From NCBI RefSeq assembly GCF_003586065.1, contig NZ_CP028379.1: DNA of 32,000 nucleotides. One strand, given 5' to 3'. This document shows positions 1 through 7,042 of this stretch, one piece after another. The stretch is from Escherichia coli O145 str. RM9872 (GTDB lineage: Bacteria; Pseudomonadota; Gammaproteobacteria; Enterobacterales; Enterobacteriaceae). Within the stretch, counting starts at the first letter, position 1, and the number at the start of each line of letters is the position of its first letter. The notes under the pieces were generated by a model. That model worked only from the letters and a program-made list of their open reading frames with translations. It was not told the origin of the DNA and made no database searches. Made by a program: the position numbers and the translations under genes.

Positions 1-39
1 ACTTATCCGGTGCTGTATGGACATTAACGAGGTAGCCCG

Positions 40-306
40 ATGCAAGCTGTTTTTTCTTCCCCGTCTCCCGCCCCTGTGACGCCACTGATGCCGCTGCCGG
101 ACATCACACAGGAGCGTTTTTTACGTCTTCCGGAAGTGATGCACCTGTGCGGCCTGTCACGCTCGACCATCTACGAACTCATCCGTAAGGGGGAATTTCC
201 GCCGCAGGTGAGTCTTGGCGGTAAAAATGTGGCCTGGCTGCACTCTGAAGTCACCGCATGGATGGCCGGGCGCATTGCCGGACGCAAACGGGGGTACGAC
301 GCATGA
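40..306 (+). CDS. alpA: AlpA / P4 Vis-family small helix-turn-helix regulator-excisionase (88 aa)
   Basis: ATG at 40 with GAGGT upstream. The motif [49 protein letters not shown] is typical of AlpA/Vis (MerR-like HTH). The length, 88 aa, equals P4 orf88/vis as I recall it. Confidence 0.85.
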   Translation: MQAVFSSPSPAPVTPLMPLPDITQERFLRLPEVMHLCGLSRSTIYELIRKGEFPPQVSLGGKNVAWLHSEVTAWMAGRIAGRKRGYDA

Positions 307-341
307 TGATGCCCGCTCTGCAAAAACTCCCTTTTTCTGGC

Positions 342-371
342 TTGCCTTTTTCCGGCATTTGCGGATATAGT
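342..371 (+). promoter_or_regulatory. Candidate sigma70 promoter (P4 P_LE position): TTGCCT-N18-TATAGT
   Basis: TTGCCT at 342-347, an 18-nt spacer, then TATAGT at 366-371. It sits just downstream of the vis-like gene and upstream of a leader hairpin. Pattern match only. Confidence 0.3.
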
Positions 372-434
372 TTTTCCGCTGCCGCAAAATCGGCAGCCGG
401 GCGTGAGAACCCGAGCAATTCACAGGCGACATAT

Positions 435-456
435 GACGCGCCACGCGTCTTTTTTT
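435..456 (+). terminator. Rho-independent terminator in the leader downstream of the candidate promoter
   Basis: GACGCG (435-440), CCA loop, CGCGTC (444-449), followed by T7 (450-456). Confidence 0.6.
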
Positions 457-704
457 GTGTCGCAATCAATGCCACAGAGCGCCAGATTATGGTGTGGTGT
501 GTGGTCAGTCGTGCAGATGGCATTCCGTGCATCCTGCCTGCGTCCGCTCATTATGCCGCAGAGTCAATGGTAGCTCAGGCGGGGCAGCCTCCGGGCTGGC
601 CGGTATTCTTCGAGGCCGGTATTCTCACCCCCGTCTGGGCTATCGCCATCGAGCGTGAGAACTCCGGCGATAGCAGTTATTTGCTACTCGAAGGAGGCTG
701 CCTT

Positions 705-902
705 ATGGCTACAACCCTTACCCCCTCACACCCTGAATTTGTCTTTGTGTTTGCGGCTGTCCGTCGCGCAGACCGTCATCCCCGTATCTGTATGCTTCGC
801 ACCGTCGCCGGTGATGAACGCAGTGCCCGCCGTTCCCTTGTCCGTGACTATGTGCTCTCCCTTGCTGCCCGTCTGCCGGTGGTGGAGGTGTCCCGTGCGT
901 AA
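705..902 (+). CDS. Small P4-like prophage protein, Icd-like (host cell division inhibitor-like) family, 65 aa
   Basis: ATG at 705 preceded by AAGGAGG (691-697). It is the 3' part of the artificial 214-aa ORF. The C-terminal motif [20 protein letters not shown] resembles Icd-like proteins annotated in P4-type prophages (from memory). Confidence 0.55.
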   Translation: MATTLTPSHPEFVFVFAAVRRADRHPRICMLRTVAGDERSARRSLVRDYVLSLAARLPVVEVSRA

Positions 903-1182
903 TAAAAAAGCCCCTCAGACCGTCTCAGCGCGTCATGACGCCCGTGAACACCTCAGCATTGAGGCTTACCATAAGCTCAACCGCGCCAGCGCCGTATCCC
1001 AGTTTGTTGGGGGTGATTTGATTCACCGTGAACTCTCCGGCCTGCATCAGCTCTACATTCCGCATATTTTCAGCTACCTGAATGAAGATATTGATTTTGT
1101 GCTGAATGAACTGAAAGCCAAAGGCCTGTGCCGCGATTTTCTCGCCCAGCAGAAAGACCGGGGAGACAGGACGCATGTTTGA
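895..1182 (+). CDS. Hypothetical P4-like prophage protein (95 aa, GTG start) in the position of P4 epsilon
   Basis: GTG at 895 overlaps the upstream stop by 8 nt. Its 3' end overlaps the next ATG (1175) by 8 nt, consistent with a coupled operon. Function not recognisable from the sequence. Confidence 0.5.
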   Translation: MRNKKAPQTVSARHDAREHLSIEAYHKLNRASAVSQFVGGDLIHRELSGLHQLYIPHIFSYLNEDIDFVLNELKAKGLCRDFLAQQKDRGDRTHV

Positions 1183-1630
1183 TTTTCCCCAGCCCGGTGA
1201 GATTTACCGTTCTGCCGGTTTTCCCGATGTGGCCGTGGTCGGCATTCTGGAAGACGGTATTCCGTGGGAAATGCCGTACCGCTGCCCGGAAATTGTCTGG
1301 AACCCGTACCGCCGTAAATTCAGTATCCTTGTGCGTATCCTCGCTGACGGACGCACCACAGACATCCCGCTGGGGCGTTTTCTGCGGGAATTTACCTGTG
1401 ACCGTCCTGACCTGTTTAAACGCAGCCCCGTAAACCGGCATGCGGTACTGAAAGAAATGGCCGGAGACCCGGAATTACAGAAATGGCGGGAAAAATATCT
1501 GGATATTTACCCGCAGGACACTGTTCCGGTCAGCCGGGCAGCACCGGTGGCGCGGGAATGGCGGGAAATTCCCCGCACGGAGCCTGACCCGGAAACCACC
1601 CCGGATAACAGTTACCGCAATTATCTGTAA
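1175..1630 (+). CDS. Hypothetical prophage protein, P4 orf151-like (151 aa)
   Basis: ATG at 1175 with GGAGA upstream. Same length and position as P4 orf151 (from memory). GC-rich codon usage matches its neighbours. Confidence 0.75.
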   Translation: MFDFPQPGEIYRSAGFPDVAVVGILEDGIPWEMPYRCPEIVWNPYRRKFSILVRILADGRTTDIPLGRFLREFTCDRPDLFKRSPVNRHAVLKEMAGDPELQKWREKYLDIYPQDTVPVSRAAPVAREWREIPRTEPDPETTPDNSYRNYL

Positions 1631-1765
1631 TTAAAAAACGACCCCCGAAAAATTAAATGTGCGTATTCGCGCAGGGATACGCACGTCTTCAGGAGACGCA
1701 GATATGCCTTATCAGTTAATGCAACCGGCACGGAATGCAGTCATCTGTCACAGGGAGAAAAGCAA

Positions 1766-2086
1766 ATGAAAACACCCTTACCGCCCGTCTTACGCGCTGC
1801 CCTTTACCGTCGCGCTGTCGCCTGTGCCTGGCTGACCGTGTGCGAACGTCAGCACCGCTACCCGCATCTCACCCTTGAGTCACTGGAGGCGGCCATCGCC
1901 GCTGAGCTGGAAGGCTTTTATCTGCGCCAGCACGGTGAGGAAAAAGGGCGTCAGATAGCCTGTGCCCTGCTGGAAGATTTAATGGAATCCGGCCCCCTGA
2001 AGGCCGCGCCGTCGCTGTCCTTTCTCGGGCTGGTTGTGATGGATGAACTCTGTGCCCGTCACATAAAAGCGCCGGTACTGCACTGA
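1766..2086 (+). CDS. Hypothetical prophage protein, P4 orf106-like (106 aa)
   Basis: ATG at 1766 with GGGAGA upstream. It lies immediately upstream of alpha. Same length and position as P4 orf106 (from memory). Confidence 0.75.
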
Positions 2087-2100
2087 AGGAGAACAACACC

Positions 2101-4434
2101 ATGAAAATGAACGTAACCGCCACCGTCAGCCATGCGCTCGGCCACTGGCCGCGTATTCTCCCGGCGCTGGGGATTCAGGTGCTGAAAAACCGTCATCAGC
2201 CCTGTCCGGTCTGTGGCGGGAGTGACCGCTTCCGTTTTGATGACAGGGAGGGGCGCGGCACCTGGTACTGCAATCAGTGTGGTGCCGGTGACGGCCTGAA
2301 ACTGGTTGAAAAGGTGTTTGGTGTTTCCCCGTCCGACGCGGCCGCAAAGGTGGCTGCCGTGACCGGCAGCCTGCCCACGGCTGACCCGGCAGTGACGGCC
2401 GCCGCCGGCGCTGAAACAGACGCTGCCCGGAAGAACGCCGCCGCACTGGCACAAACCCTGATGGCAAAAACCCGTCCCGGAACCGGTAACGCCTACCTGA
2501 CCCGCAAGGGCTTTCCCGGCCGGGAATGCCGGATGCTGACCGGCACACACAGAGCCGGTGGCGTGAGCTGGCGCGCCGGTGACCTTGTGGTGCCACTGTA
2601 TGACGACAGCGGCGAACTGGTTAACCTTCAGTTAATCAGTGCTGACGGCCGTAAGCGCACCCTGAAAGGCGGACAGGTCAGGGGCACCTGTCACACCCTT
2701 GAAGGACAGAATCAGGCCGGAAAACGTCTGTGGATAGCGGAGGGATACGCGACCGCACTTACCGTACATCACCTGACCGGTGAAACGGTGATGGTGGCGC
2801 TTTCTTCCGTGAACCTCCTTTCTCTGGCCAGCCTTGCCCGGCAGAAGCATCCGGCCTGTCAGATTGTCCTTGCCGCAGACCGTGACCTCAGCGGTGACGG
2901 CCAGAAAAAAGCCGCCGCAGCCGCAGATGCGTGTGAGGGCGTTGTTGCCCTGCCGCCGGTCTTCGGTGACTGGAATGATGCCTTCACGCAGTACGGCGGG
3001 GAAGCCACCCGTAAGGCCATTTATGATGCCATCCGGCCACCGGCTGAAAGCCCGTTCGACACCATGAGCGAAGCGGAGTTTTCCGCCATGAGTACCAGCG
3101 AAAAGGCCATGCGTATCTATGAGCATTACGGCGAGGCGCTCGCGGTCGATGCCAACGGCCAGCTTCTGTCCCGCTATGAAAATGGTGTCTGGAAGGTGCT
3201 GCCGCCACAGGACTTTGCCCGGGATGTGGCCGGGCTGTTTCAGCGTCTGCGCGCGCCGTTCTCCTCCGGGAAAGTGGCCTCCGTGGTGGACACCCTGAAG
3301 CTGATTATTCCGCAGCAGGAAGCCCCCTCCCGCCGCCTGATTGGCTTTCGTAACGGCGTGCTCGACACGCAGAACGGCACGTTCCACCCGCACAGTCCGT
3401 CACACTGGATGCGCACCCTGTGCGATGTGGATTTCACCCCGCCGGTGGAAGGGGAAACGCTGGAAACCCACGCTCCCGCGTTCTGGCGCTGGCTTGACCG
3501 TGCCGCCGGTGGTCGTGCGGAAAAACGCGACGTGATTCTGGCCGCACTGTTTATGGTGCTGGCAAACCGCTATGACTGGCAGCTCTTTCTGGAGGTGACC
3601 GGTCCCGGCGGCAGCGGCAAAAGTATCATGGCCGAAATAGCCACCCTGCTGGCCGGGGAGGATAACGCCACGTCGGCCACCATTGAGACGCTGGAATCCC
3701 CGCGTGAACGTGCCGCGTTAACTGGCTTCTCACTGATACGCCTGCCGGACCAGGAAAAATGGAGCGGCGACGGAGCCGGACTCAAGGCTATCACCGGCGG
3801 CGATGCGGTGTCCGTTGACCCGAAATACCGGGATGCGTACTCCACGCATATCCCGGCGGTGATTCTGGCCGTGAACAATAACCCGATGCGCTTCACCGAC
3901 CGCAGCGGCGGCGTGTCACGCCGGCGGGTGATTATTCACTTCCCGGAACAGATAGCCCCGCAGGAGCGCGACCCGCAGCTTAAGGACAAAATCACCCGCG
4001 AGCTGGCGGTCATCGTGCGTCACCTGATGCAGAAGTTCAGCGACCCGATGCTCGCCCGGTCACTGCTTCAGTCCCAGCAGAACTCAGACGAGGCACTGAA
4101 CATCAAACGGGATGCCGACCCGACGTTTGATTTTATCGGCTATCTGGAAACCCTGCCGCAGACCAGCGGCATGTATATGGGGAACGCCAGTATCATCCCG
4201 CGTAATTACCGTAAATACCTCTATCACGCCTATCTGGCCTACATGGAGGCAAACGGCTACCGGAATGTACTCAGTCTGAAAATGTTCGGGCTGGGGCTGC
4301 CGGTGATGCTGAAGGAATACGGACTGAATTACGAGAAGCGCCATACCAAACAGGGGATACAGACCAACCTGACACTGAAAGAGGAAAGCTACGGCGACTG
4401 GCTGCCAAAATGTGACGCCCCTGCAACAACCTGA
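2101..4434 (+). CDS. P4 alpha-type bifunctional DNA primase / SF3 helicase / origin-binding protein (777 aa)
   Basis: GAAGGAG SD. N-terminal zinc motif CPVCGGSDRF...WYCNQCG. TOPRIM-like acidic cluster IVLAADRDLSGDGQ. Walker A GPGGSGKS. Same length as P4 gp-alpha (from memory). Followed by a terminator and TGTTCACC iterons. Confidence 0.95.
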   Translation: MKMNVTATVSHALGHWPRILPALGIQVLKNRHQPCPVCGGSDRFRFDDREGRGTWYCNQCGAGDGLKLVEKVFGVSPSDAAAKVAAVTGSLPTADPAVTAAAGAETDAARKNAAALAQTLMAKTRPGTGNAYLTRKGFPGRECRMLTGTHRAGGVSWRAGDLVVPLYDDSGELVNLQLISADGRKRTLKGGQVRGTCHTLEGQNQAGKRLWIAEGYATALTVHHLTGETVMVALSSVNLLSLASLARQKHPACQIVLAADRDLSGDGQKKAAAAADACEGVVALPPVFGDWNDAFTQYGGEATRKAIYDAIRPPAESPFDTMSEAEFSAMSTSEKAMRIYEHYGEALAVDANGQLLSRYENGVWKVLPPQDFARDVAGLFQRLRAPFSSGKVASVVDTLKLIIPQQEAPSRRLIGFRNGVLDTQNGTFHPHSPSHWMRTLCDVDFTPPVEGETLETHAPAFWRWLDRAAGGRAEKRDVILAALFMVLANRYDWQLFLEVTGPGGSGKSIMAEIATLLAGEDNATSATIETLESPRERAALTGFSLIRLPDQEKWSGDGAGLKAITGGDAVSVDPKYRDAYSTHIPAVILAVNNNPMRFTDRSGGVSRRRVIIHFPEQIAPQERDPQLKDKITRELAVIVRHLMQKFSDPMLARSLLQSQQNSDEALNIKRDADPTFDFIGYLETLPQTSGMYMGNASIIPRNYRKYLYHAYLAYMEANGYRNVLSLKMFGLGLPVMLKEYGLNYEKRHTKQGIQTNLTLKEESYGDWLPKCDAPATT

Positions 4435-4441
4435 CCCACCT

Positions 4442-4467
4442 GACCGGCATCTGCCGGTCTTTTTTTA
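4442..4467 (+). terminator. Rho-independent terminator after alpha
   Basis: GACCGGCA / TGCCGGTC inverted repeat (4442-4459) followed by a T-run (4460-4466). Confidence 0.7.
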
Positions 4468-4481
4468 TCCCTGAATTCCCC

Positions 4482-4787
4482 GAAGGTGAACAATCCACTG
4501 TTCACCCTTCACCGTATATTCACCCGTTATCACACTGAAATTAAAAGAGAAAAACGAAAGGTGAACAGTGTGAACAATCAAATCAAAAAAAACTTTTTTC
4601 TCCCTGTGTGATTTTCAGTACGGGGGATTAATCACCGGTATGAGTCACACCGGCAGAATGCCGGAGGTGAAGAATCGAATGTTCACCCTTCACCCATTAT
4701 TCACCACCTATCCAACTGAAATAAAAGGAGAAAACAGAAAGGTGAACAGTGTGAACAGTTCTTCCGAAAAAAAATTTTTTTCCTGAG
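4482..4787. repeat. crr-like cis replication region: two ~125-bp direct repeats (about 4482-4608 and 4663-4787) carrying P4 type-I iterons
   Basis: Each unit reads GGTGAA(C/G)A ... TGTTCACC-CTTCACC ... TTCACC ... GGTGAACAGTGTGAACA ... A8(C)T6-7. For example, GGTGAACA at 4485-4492 and 4560-4567, and TGTTCACC at 4499-4506 and 4680-4687. The start-to-start period is ~181 bp. Confidence 0.7.
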
Positions 4788-5227
4788 TTAACGTGCGTGA
4801 AGATGCGTGTAAAAATTAATCGATAGATATTATATGTATAAGGATGTGTATAAATGAATTAGAATAGAAAAATATAAACGATTTAAATCAAATGGTTATA
4901 TGTCAATTTTGACTCCTGTGATCTCCGCCAAACTTCCTCTTCTGAACTCTCCCGACGTCAACAAAACCCCTTTTAATCCCTTATATATCAGGCTTTCTTT
5001 GTGTACAGGGGTCAACCGACTCAACCTGTATCAAGTTGCTTTTGAGGATACTTTAGGGGGGTATTATTTCCCTTTGAAATATTAGCACCCCATAATGGGA
5101 AAAAGGTAATACATAACAATGGTTTTTAACAGTATCTTTGTTATACAAGGGGGCATTGAGGATATCAGGAAAAATCTCAAAATCGGTACGGACAGGAAAC
5201 TACGTGGGCAGCAAAAACGTATGGTAA

Positions 5228-5547
5228 CACCGGGAAATGCAACGCCCACCAGTCGGGCTAATCCACCACTCCAATCGTGGTTCGCAGTACTGCACACACG
5301 ATTACCGGGCTATACAGGAGCGGTTTGGTCTGAAAACATCCATGCCGCGTAAAGGTAACCGTTACGACAACACCTCAATGAAAAACTTATAGTAAACGCT
5401 GAAGAATGAAACTATCGTTTTAATAACCGGGATGAAGCCATCTAAGTAATACGGAAATACATTGAGATTTTCTACAACCATCAGCGCCGCCACTCCCGTC
5501 TGGGGAATATCTCCCTGGTAGCCTTCAGGAAAAATATAACCAGATAA
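5228..5547 (+). pseudogene. IS3-family transposase (OrfB, DDE integrase) C-terminal remnant, disrupted
   Basis: Translation HREMQRPPVGLIHHSNRGSQYCTHDYRAIQERFGLKTSMPRKGNRYDNTSMKNL* (stop at 5390-5392). After a frame change it continues ..NYRFNNRDEAI*VIRKYIEIFYNHQRRHSRLGNISLVAFRKN. These match the conserved IS3-group motifs HSDRGSQY, SMSRKGNCYDNA and FYNxxRxHSSLGY, but with stops, a frameshift and D-to-N in HSDRG. Confidence 0.75.
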
Positions 5548-5720
5548 CTGCGTAAAAAAAGAACAAATGGTGGTGTCCGCTATTGCCAGTATACCTGAGT
5601 TTACTGCCTTTCAGATTATCACAATCAATAGCGAACAGACTTTTGAGCTCTGTGCGCTTTTAACAAAACGTCCCTTTCTCCACTTTCACCGTATAATAAT
5701 ACATTATTTATTACCCCTCC

Positions 5721-5780
5721 AATAAAAACCGATATTACTAATCACATTTATTACCACACAATTTGATATCGGTTTTTATT
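5721..5780 (-). terminator. Perfect 15-bp inverted repeat immediately downstream of espF; candidate LEE4 terminator
   Basis: AATAAAAACCGATAT (5721-5735) and ATATCGGTTTTTATT (5766-5780) are separated by 30 nt. On the minus strand the 3' arm ends in a U-run. The large loop makes the terminator role uncertain. Confidence 0.4.
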
Positions 5781-5786
5781 AGTTGG

Positions 5787-6674
5787 TTACCCTTTCTTCG
5801 ATTGCTCATAGGCAGCTAAATGATCTTTTAATGCCTGTGCAAGGGGCGGTAGTCCACTAGGCCCTGTCGGTGGCGGTGGTGCCTGACGGGCGGGCTTAAA
5901 ACCTAAAGCCTCAGGACCTTTCGATTTTTCATAGGCAGCCAAGTGCTCTTTTAATGCCTGTGCAATGGGCGGTAAAGGTCGGGATGCCCCGGATGCCTGT
6001 CCACTTGTCGGTGGCGGCGGTGCCTGACGGGCGGGCTTAAAACCTAAAGCCTCAGGACCTTTCGATTTTTCATAGGCAGCCAAGTGCTCTTTTAATGCCT
6101 GTGCAATGGGCGGTAAAGGTCGGGATGCCCCGGATGCCTGTCCACTTGTCGGTGGCGGCGGTGCCTGACGGGCGGGCTTAAAACCTAAAGCCTCAGGACC
6201 TTTCGATTTTTCATAGGCAGCCAAGTGCTCTTTTAATGCCTGTGCAATGGGCGGTAAAGGTCGGGATGCCCCGGATGCCTGTCCACTTGTCGGTGGCGGC
6301 GGTGCCTGACGGGCGGGCTTAAAACCTAAAGCCTCAGGACCTTTCGATTTTTCATAGGCAGCCAAGTGCTCTTTTAATGCCTGTGCAATGGGCGGTAAAG
6401 GTCGGGATGCCCCGGATGCCTGTCCACTTGTCGGTGGCGGCGGTGCCGGACGAGAGGGAGTAAATGAAGTCACCTGGCTGCTCACATTAAAAATCGTTCT
6501 CGCATTAACATTCGACGAGCCTGGAGAAAAAGGGGAATGAACTTTCACCGGAGTAAGACGCACGGCCTGAGGGGCTACAGAAAATCCAGTTCCCCCCGCA
6601 GAGCTCACTCGACTTGCGATACCTACAAGCTGCCGCCCTAGTGTAGAAGCAGCGTTACTAATTCCATTAAGCAT
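5787..6674 (-). CDS. espF: EspF effector (295 aa) with five proline-rich repeats
   Basis: N-terminus MLNGISNAASTLGRQLVGIASRV (Leu16 present). RxAPxxP (RPAPPPP/RQAPPPP) occurs 5 times and LPP(I/L)AQALK(E/D)HL occurs 5 times. Confidence 0.97.
   Translation of the reverse strand: MLNGISNAASTLGRQLVGIASRVSSAGGTGFSVAPQAVRLTPVKVHSPFSPGSSNVNARTIFNVSSQVTSFTPSRPAPPPPTSGQASGASRPLPPIAQALKEHLAAYEKSKGPEALGFKPARQAPPPPTSGQASGASRPLPPIAQALKEHLAAYEKSKGPEALGFKPARQAPPPPTSGQASGASRPLPPIAQALKEHLAAYEKSKGPEALGFKPARQAPPPPTSGQASGASRPLPPIAQALKEHLAAYEKSKGPEALGFKPARQAPPPPTGPSGLPPLAQALKDHLAAYEQSKKG
5881..6444. repeat. Tandem repeat, 4 x 141 bp, copies identical by eye (encodes the 47-aa EspF modules)
   Basis: GCCTGACGGGCGGGCTTAAAACC... 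recurs at 5881, 6022, 6163 and 6304, an exact 141-bp period. A divergent fifth module lies at 5790-5880. Confidence 0.95.
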
Positions 6675-6758
6675 AATTTATGCCTCTTTATATCTAAGCT
6701 TGGCTAACTCTCATATATATCAAAACGAATAATAAAATGATTTTTAAATCAATATAAA

Positions 6759-7037
6759 TTAAAATCCTCGTACCCAGCCACTACCATTCTCATGGACCAA
6801 ACTGTACAATAACTGACTCGTCTCATCATCCATACAGTCCTCCAAAGCCTTTACCGCATCATTTTTTCTATTTAATCCAAATAAGATAATAAATTCTAAA
6901 TGTGCGATATCTTTTTTATCAGGTATAATTTGTGGGAATACATTCAGGATAGCTTCCGCATATTTGGGAAGCTTATGGTTTGCCGCAGCTACAGCCGCCC
7001 ACACCAGTATCTTATTAGCAGAAATATCATTAACCAT
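6759..7037 (-). CDS. escG: EscG (Orf29), YscG-like co-chaperone of needle protein EscF (92 aa)
   Basis: Position between escF and espF. Sequence MVNDISANKILVWAAVAAANHKL... recognised as LEE Orf29. Confidence 0.9.
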   Translation of the reverse strand: MVNDISANKILVWAAVAAANHKLPKYAEAILNVFPQIIPDKKDIAHLEFIILFGLNRKNDAVKALEDCMDDETSQLLYSLVHENGSGWVRGF

Positions 7038-7042
7038 TAAAA

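Larger units (their letters stand above)
1..4800 (+). mobile_element. P4-family satellite prophage segment (early/replication region, 933L-like cryptic prophage adjoining the LEE)
   Basis: GC-rich block. Gene order is vis/alpA-like, small ORFs, orf151-like, orf106-like, alpha primase-helicase, then crr-like TGTTCACC iteron repeats. It ends abruptly in AT-rich DNA near 4790-4800. Confidence 0.85.

Noticed and set aside
432-572. 46-codon ORF starting at ATG 432 ([12 protein letters not shown]...) as a P4 kil-like first gene of the leader
   Set aside because: Its start sits inside the terminator hairpin and T-run, there is no SD, and I cannot recall the P4 Kil sequence to compare. The evidence is insufficient.
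258-902. 214-aa ORF spanning the whole vis-to-Icd-like interval
   Set aside because: It runs through a promoter-like site, a strong intrinsic terminator (435-456) and structured repeats, and it has no SD. Only its last 65 codons (705-902, with AAGGAGG upstream) look like a real gene. The long frame is typical of GC-rich DNA.
2059-3393. Large antisense ORFs inside alpha (2059-2550, 2126-2596 and 2632-3393 on the minus strand; several plus-strand off-frame ORFs)
   Set aside because: These are shadow ORFs of a GC-rich gene. Their Arg/Gly/Pro-rich, low-complexity translations have no recognisable motifs, and they overlap a confidently identified 777-aa gene.
4640-4725. 29-codon ORF (MSHTGRMPEVKNRMFTLHPLFTTYPTEIK) between the two crr units
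   Set aside because: It reads straight through iteron sequences and a hairpin and has no SD. It is most likely non-coding replication-region DNA.
4900-5352. ORFs 4900-5085 (+), 5082-5297 (-) and 5119-5352 (+) in the junction region
   Set aside because: They have no SD and no recognisable domains. ORF 5119-5352 is out of frame with the clearly homologous IS3 transposase remnant occupying the same DNA, so these are by-products of a decayed IS.
5881-6444. Possibility that the regular 141-bp repeats (or the crr repeats at 4482-4787) are a CRISPR array
   Set aside because: The repeats are contiguous with no unique spacers and lie in-frame inside espF. The crr units are ~125 bp iteron clusters. 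Neither has CRISPR repeat-spacer geometry, and no cas genes are present.
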